From an uncultured bacterium (GTDB taxonomy: Bacteria; Chlamydiota; Chlamydiia; Chlamydiales; SM23-39), in assembly GCA_963716985.1 (NCBI GenBank), contig OY970323.1, positions 1,280,001-1,344,000 of the forward strand: 64,000 nt of DNA, given 5' to 3'. Numbering within the stretch: the stretch's first letter is position 1; each line of letters begins with the position of its first letter. Under the pieces are notes generated by a model. That model did not search any database, was not told the origin of the DNA, and saw only the letters and a program-made list of their open reading frames with translations. The translations under genes and the position numbers were made by a program. Below are positions 61,015 through 64,000 of the stretch, piece by piece.

Positions 61015-61668
61015 TCAGATCGTTTTAACAAACTGCATATATCGAATGAACTTGCCTTTGTCTCTCCAAAGTCTTTCAAAAAAGGAAGATCCATAGGCGG
61101 GCCAATCCGTTATATAATAAGGCGCTGGAAATGATGACTGAAATGCCGCACATGCGCACATCTCTTGGGCGCTCAGCTCGCAATAACCCGGATCGTCCGT
61201 CACAAGGGTTGCTGTCCCCCCTATTTTCAATACCCGGGAAAGCTCATTTACGAACTTTTTTTGGATCAGGCGATGCTTACCATGGCGGCGTTTGGGCCAG
61301 GGGTCTGGAAAATTGACAAAAATTTCAGAAACGCTTTGATCGGGAAGATAGTGGAGCGTAAAGGTAAGGGCTTCCGCATAGACAACAAGAAGATTTTCCA
61401 GATTCATTTTGGACATCTTCTGCCAAATCTTACGCGCTCGCATCCATTTTTTCTCTACCGCGACCCAAAAAATGGAAGGATCTTTCAGAGATCTCTCCAA
61501 AATCCACTGTCCGTTGCCGCTACAATATTCAATCGCTACTTTTTTATCCGCAGGGAGGAGGGGGAACTGCTCAAAATGCTCCCTATCGTGCTGGGGAATA
61601 TAGAAAAGACGGTCCTGAAGAAAGGGCCTATTCTCTTGCCTTAAGTAAGAAATTGTCAAATGAGACAT
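61015..61668 (-). CDS. trmB: tRNA (guanine-N7)-methyltransferase
   Basis: IEYCSGNG, NFPDPWPKRRH, LVTD. Confidence 0.95.
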   Translation of the reverse strand: MSHLTISYLRQENRPFLQDRLFYIPQHDREHFEQFPLLPADKKVAIEYCSGNGQWILERSLKDPSIFWVAVEKKWMRARKIWQKMSKMNLENLLVVYAEALTFTLHYLPDQSVSEIFVNFPDPWPKRRHGKHRLIQKKFVNELSRVLKIGGTATLVTDDPGYCELSAQEMCACAAFQSSFPAPYYITDWPAYGSSFFERLWRDKGKFIRYMQFVKTI

Positions 61669-61754
61669 AAGCAAATTTTTCAAAAGAACCTTGAACAATT
61701 CTACCCCAAAATGTAATTTTCAGATAATCAAATGAAAACTGGAGAAGAAAGAAC

Positions 61755-62567
61755 ATGAAACATCTCGTCAAAAAACTTTTAGCACTCTTCTGCCCTTTAT
61801 TTTTTTTATGTCTTCCTCTTCATCTATACAGTGAAGATGCAAAAGAGATAGGAATTGAAAAGTCGGGCATTTTTCAAGAGGCAAAAGCTCCTCTGAACGG
61901 AAAAACAATGATCAGCGCCCCGGAAGAATCGTCCCATGGCCTTTCTTCCCTCAACCTCAAAGAAATTTTTTCAGCCGCTCCCGTAATTTATACCGCACTC
62001 CTCCTTCTTTCCATCATCTCCTTCAGTCTTTGGTCCTATACACTTTTGACCTTTCGGGGAAAAGATGCCCTGCTCGGAAAAAGCGGAGAAGATCTTAAAA
62101 AGCTACTTCTGGAAAAAAAATACGATGCAGCGCTTGCTTTTTGCAATGCGCAAAAAAAATCGATCATCGCAAGACTTCTCCTGACAGCAATCTCTTCCCG
62201 CCACCATGGAGCCCAGTTTGCCGTCGAAGCAATGAAGGCTGAAGGAAAGCGGGTCACTTCCGGCACCTGGCAAAAGATTTCTCTTCTCAATGACATCGTC
62301 ATCGTATCTCCCATGCTCGGGCTTTTAGGAACCGTTCTGGGCATGTTCTATGCATTCTACGATCTGAACAGATCCGCAGAAACTCTTTCCACTCTCTTTG
62401 ACGGGCTGGGTATTGCAGTAGGATCCACAGTCGCCGGACTCATCGTAGCGATTCTCTCCATGCTTTTTGCGACAACTCTCAAATATCGAACAATGAAGGC
62501 GCTTTCAACAATCGAAAATGAAGCCATCTCTTTGAGCCATCCCATCTTTTCCAAAGACAACCTTTGA
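61755..62567 (+). CDS. MotA/TolQ/ExbB proton-channel protein
   Basis: SPMLGLLGTVLGM, STVAGL. Confidence 0.92.
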   Translation: MKHLVKKLLALFCPLFFLCLPLHLYSEDAKEIGIEKSGIFQEAKAPLNGKTMISAPEESSHGLSSLNLKEIFSAAPVIYTALLLLSIISFSLWSYTLLTFRGKDALLGKSGEDLKKLLLEKKYDAALAFCNAQKKSIIARLLLTAISSRHHGAQFAVEAMKAEGKRVTSGTWQKISLLNDIVIVSPMLGLLGTVLGMFYAFYDLNRSAETLSTLFDGLGIAVGSTVAGLIVAILSMLFATTLKYRTMKALSTIENEAISLSHPIFSKDNL

Positions 62568-62576
62568 GGTGAATGT

Positions 62577-63050
62577 ATGGATCTTGATCTTATCCCCGAT
62601 GACAAGTTAAAGATAGCGCCCGCATTTTCACCAGCTCCCATGCTCGACTTTTTCTTCCTCATGCTTGCCTTCTTCGCAACTTTGGCCGTCACTCGGATTA
62701 CCCTCTTTGACACGCAGCTCGATCTCGTGCAGCTTGCCAAAGAACCTAACGCGGCCCAAGTCTTTCCCTCATCGGAAAATATTCATGTCAACATCGGCAT
62801 TTCAGAAGGAGGCGATTATCGTTGGATTACCGACATTCACGACTATCCCATGGAGACAGCAGAAAAAATACAAAAAGAGCTGCTCTATCAGTATAGCATT
62901 GGAGTTTTGCCGGCAGAGAAATCCAAAACCCAAGTGCTCTTGCACGTCGATCGAAAAGCCCCTTGGGAAAAAATTGCCAAACTGATCTTTTCCGTCCGAG
63001 AAATCGGATTCGATGCTTTTCCTGTTTATCAACCAGACGGTGGGTCATGA
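62577..63050 (+). CDS. ExbD/TolR-family protein
   Basis: APMLDFFFLML, LHVDRKAPW. Confidence 0.9.
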   Translation: MDLDLIPDDKLKIAPAFSPAPMLDFFFLMLAFFATLAVTRITLFDTQLDLVQLAKEPNAAQVFPSSENIHVNIGISEGGDYRWITDIHDYPMETAEKIQKELLYQYSIGVLPAEKSKTQVLLHVDRKAPWEKIAKLIFSVREIGFDAFPVYQPDGGS

Positions 63051-63649
63051 AAGAGAGCCTTCTCTCTATTCTTCGAAATAAAAAATGCAATCTTTCTTCT
63101 TTCCGAAAAGCCTCCGACCAGCTCTCTTTTCTCATCGCAGCGGACGGAGCCTCGATGGTCAAAGAAAAACCGATCTCCCTCCAAACGCCTCTCTCTTCCT
63201 GCAAGGGCAGATGCGTTGCAGAAAAAATCGTTTTGATTCCCATTTTGCGCTCCGGAATTGCGCTTCTTCCCGCTTTCCTCTATTTCTTTCCCGATGCCAC
63301 AGTGGGTTTTCTCGGTCTGCGGCGGGAGGAGAAGACCGCAGAGCCTATCCTCTACTATGAAAAACTCCCCCCCCTCTCTTCTCAAGATCTCATCTTTCTA
63401 TTAGACCCCATGCTTGCAACCGGAGGAAGCTCTCTTCTGGCCATTGAAAAAATTCTCAAAAAAGGCGGAAGAGAAGATCAAATCCATCTGACAGGAATTA
63501 TTGGTTCTGTCCCCGGCGTTCATGAAATCAAAGCACGCCATTCTAAGGTGCATATTCATCTTGCCGCCATCGACAAAAAGATCAATAAAGAGAAATTCAT
63601 TGTCCCGGGCCTTGGTGATTTTGGAGATCGCTATTTCGGAACACCCTGA
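63047..63649 (+). CDS. upp: Uracil phosphoribosyltransferase
   Basis: PILRSG, LDPMLATGGS, IVPGLGDFGDRYFGT. Confidence 0.95.
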   Translation: MKESLLSILRNKKCNLSSFRKASDQLSFLIAADGASMVKEKPISLQTPLSSCKGRCVAEKIVLIPILRSGIALLPAFLYFFPDATVGFLGLRREEKTAEPILYYEKLPPLSSQDLIFLLDPMLATGGSSLLAIEKILKKGGREDQIHLTGIIGSVPGVHEIKARHSKVHIHLAAIDKKINKEKFIVPGLGDFGDRYFGTP

Positions 63650-63777
63650 CCGCAGGGCTTTTTCAGCCCATCAAAAACACGAATTTATCGACATTGATCT
63701 GCTGCTTTTAGCGGGAACTATACTGGACATCTTCTTGACGAAAACCAAACTTGTGCCTAAATTTAAATCTATCTTAA

Positions 63778-63859
<82 letters not shown>

Positions 63860-63955
63860 CATCTCCGGAGACATTTTCAGAAAGGAAGACGTCTCCGTAT
63901 TTTTCTTTTTCTAAGTTATTGGATTTCTGCAAGATAATGGCAAGCGCTGGATTCA

Positions 63956-64000
63956 ACTGGAGTTTGGACTAATTTCTGGGACCAGGAGGCGCAGAAATCA
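63956..64000. mobile_element. Terminus of a second IS701-like element or MITE, truncated by the window edge
   Basis: ACTGGAGTTTGGACTAATTTC is identical to 16500-16520. Confidence 0.75.

Overview
This is chromosomal DNA of an environmental (non-Chlamydiaceae) Chlamydiae bacterium. The call rests on chlamydial gene order (CT234/CT235-like, acpP-fabG-fabD-fabH, recR-bamA-skp-lpxD; pepA-ssb; smpB-dnaN-recF) and a PVC-signature small basic protein. The housekeeping backbone also carries SRP RNA, tRNA-Pro(TGG) and tRNA-Leu(TAG). Accessory material: (1) a signal-peptide/TPR polymorphic toxin with a C-terminal Ntox50-like domain cut off by an in-frame TAG, followed by a tandem-repeat immunity-like gene split by a 1.9-kb IS; (2) an IS50/Tn5-like IS whose transposase is interrupted in frame by a complete group II intron (RT motif FCDD); (3) an IS701-like element with an amber stop, plus a related end at the right edge of the window; (4) three MITEs of different families with TIRs and target duplications, one of which duplicated the RBS of a PIN/TRAM gene and reads in frame with it; (5) a 45-aa protamine-like gene missed by the ORF track, a DUF378 triplet, an iscR-iscS-iscU operon with its operator, and an NTT-HEAT/cNMP/HAMP-pseudophosphatase operon. 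All family calls come from motif recognition by eye; no database search was run.
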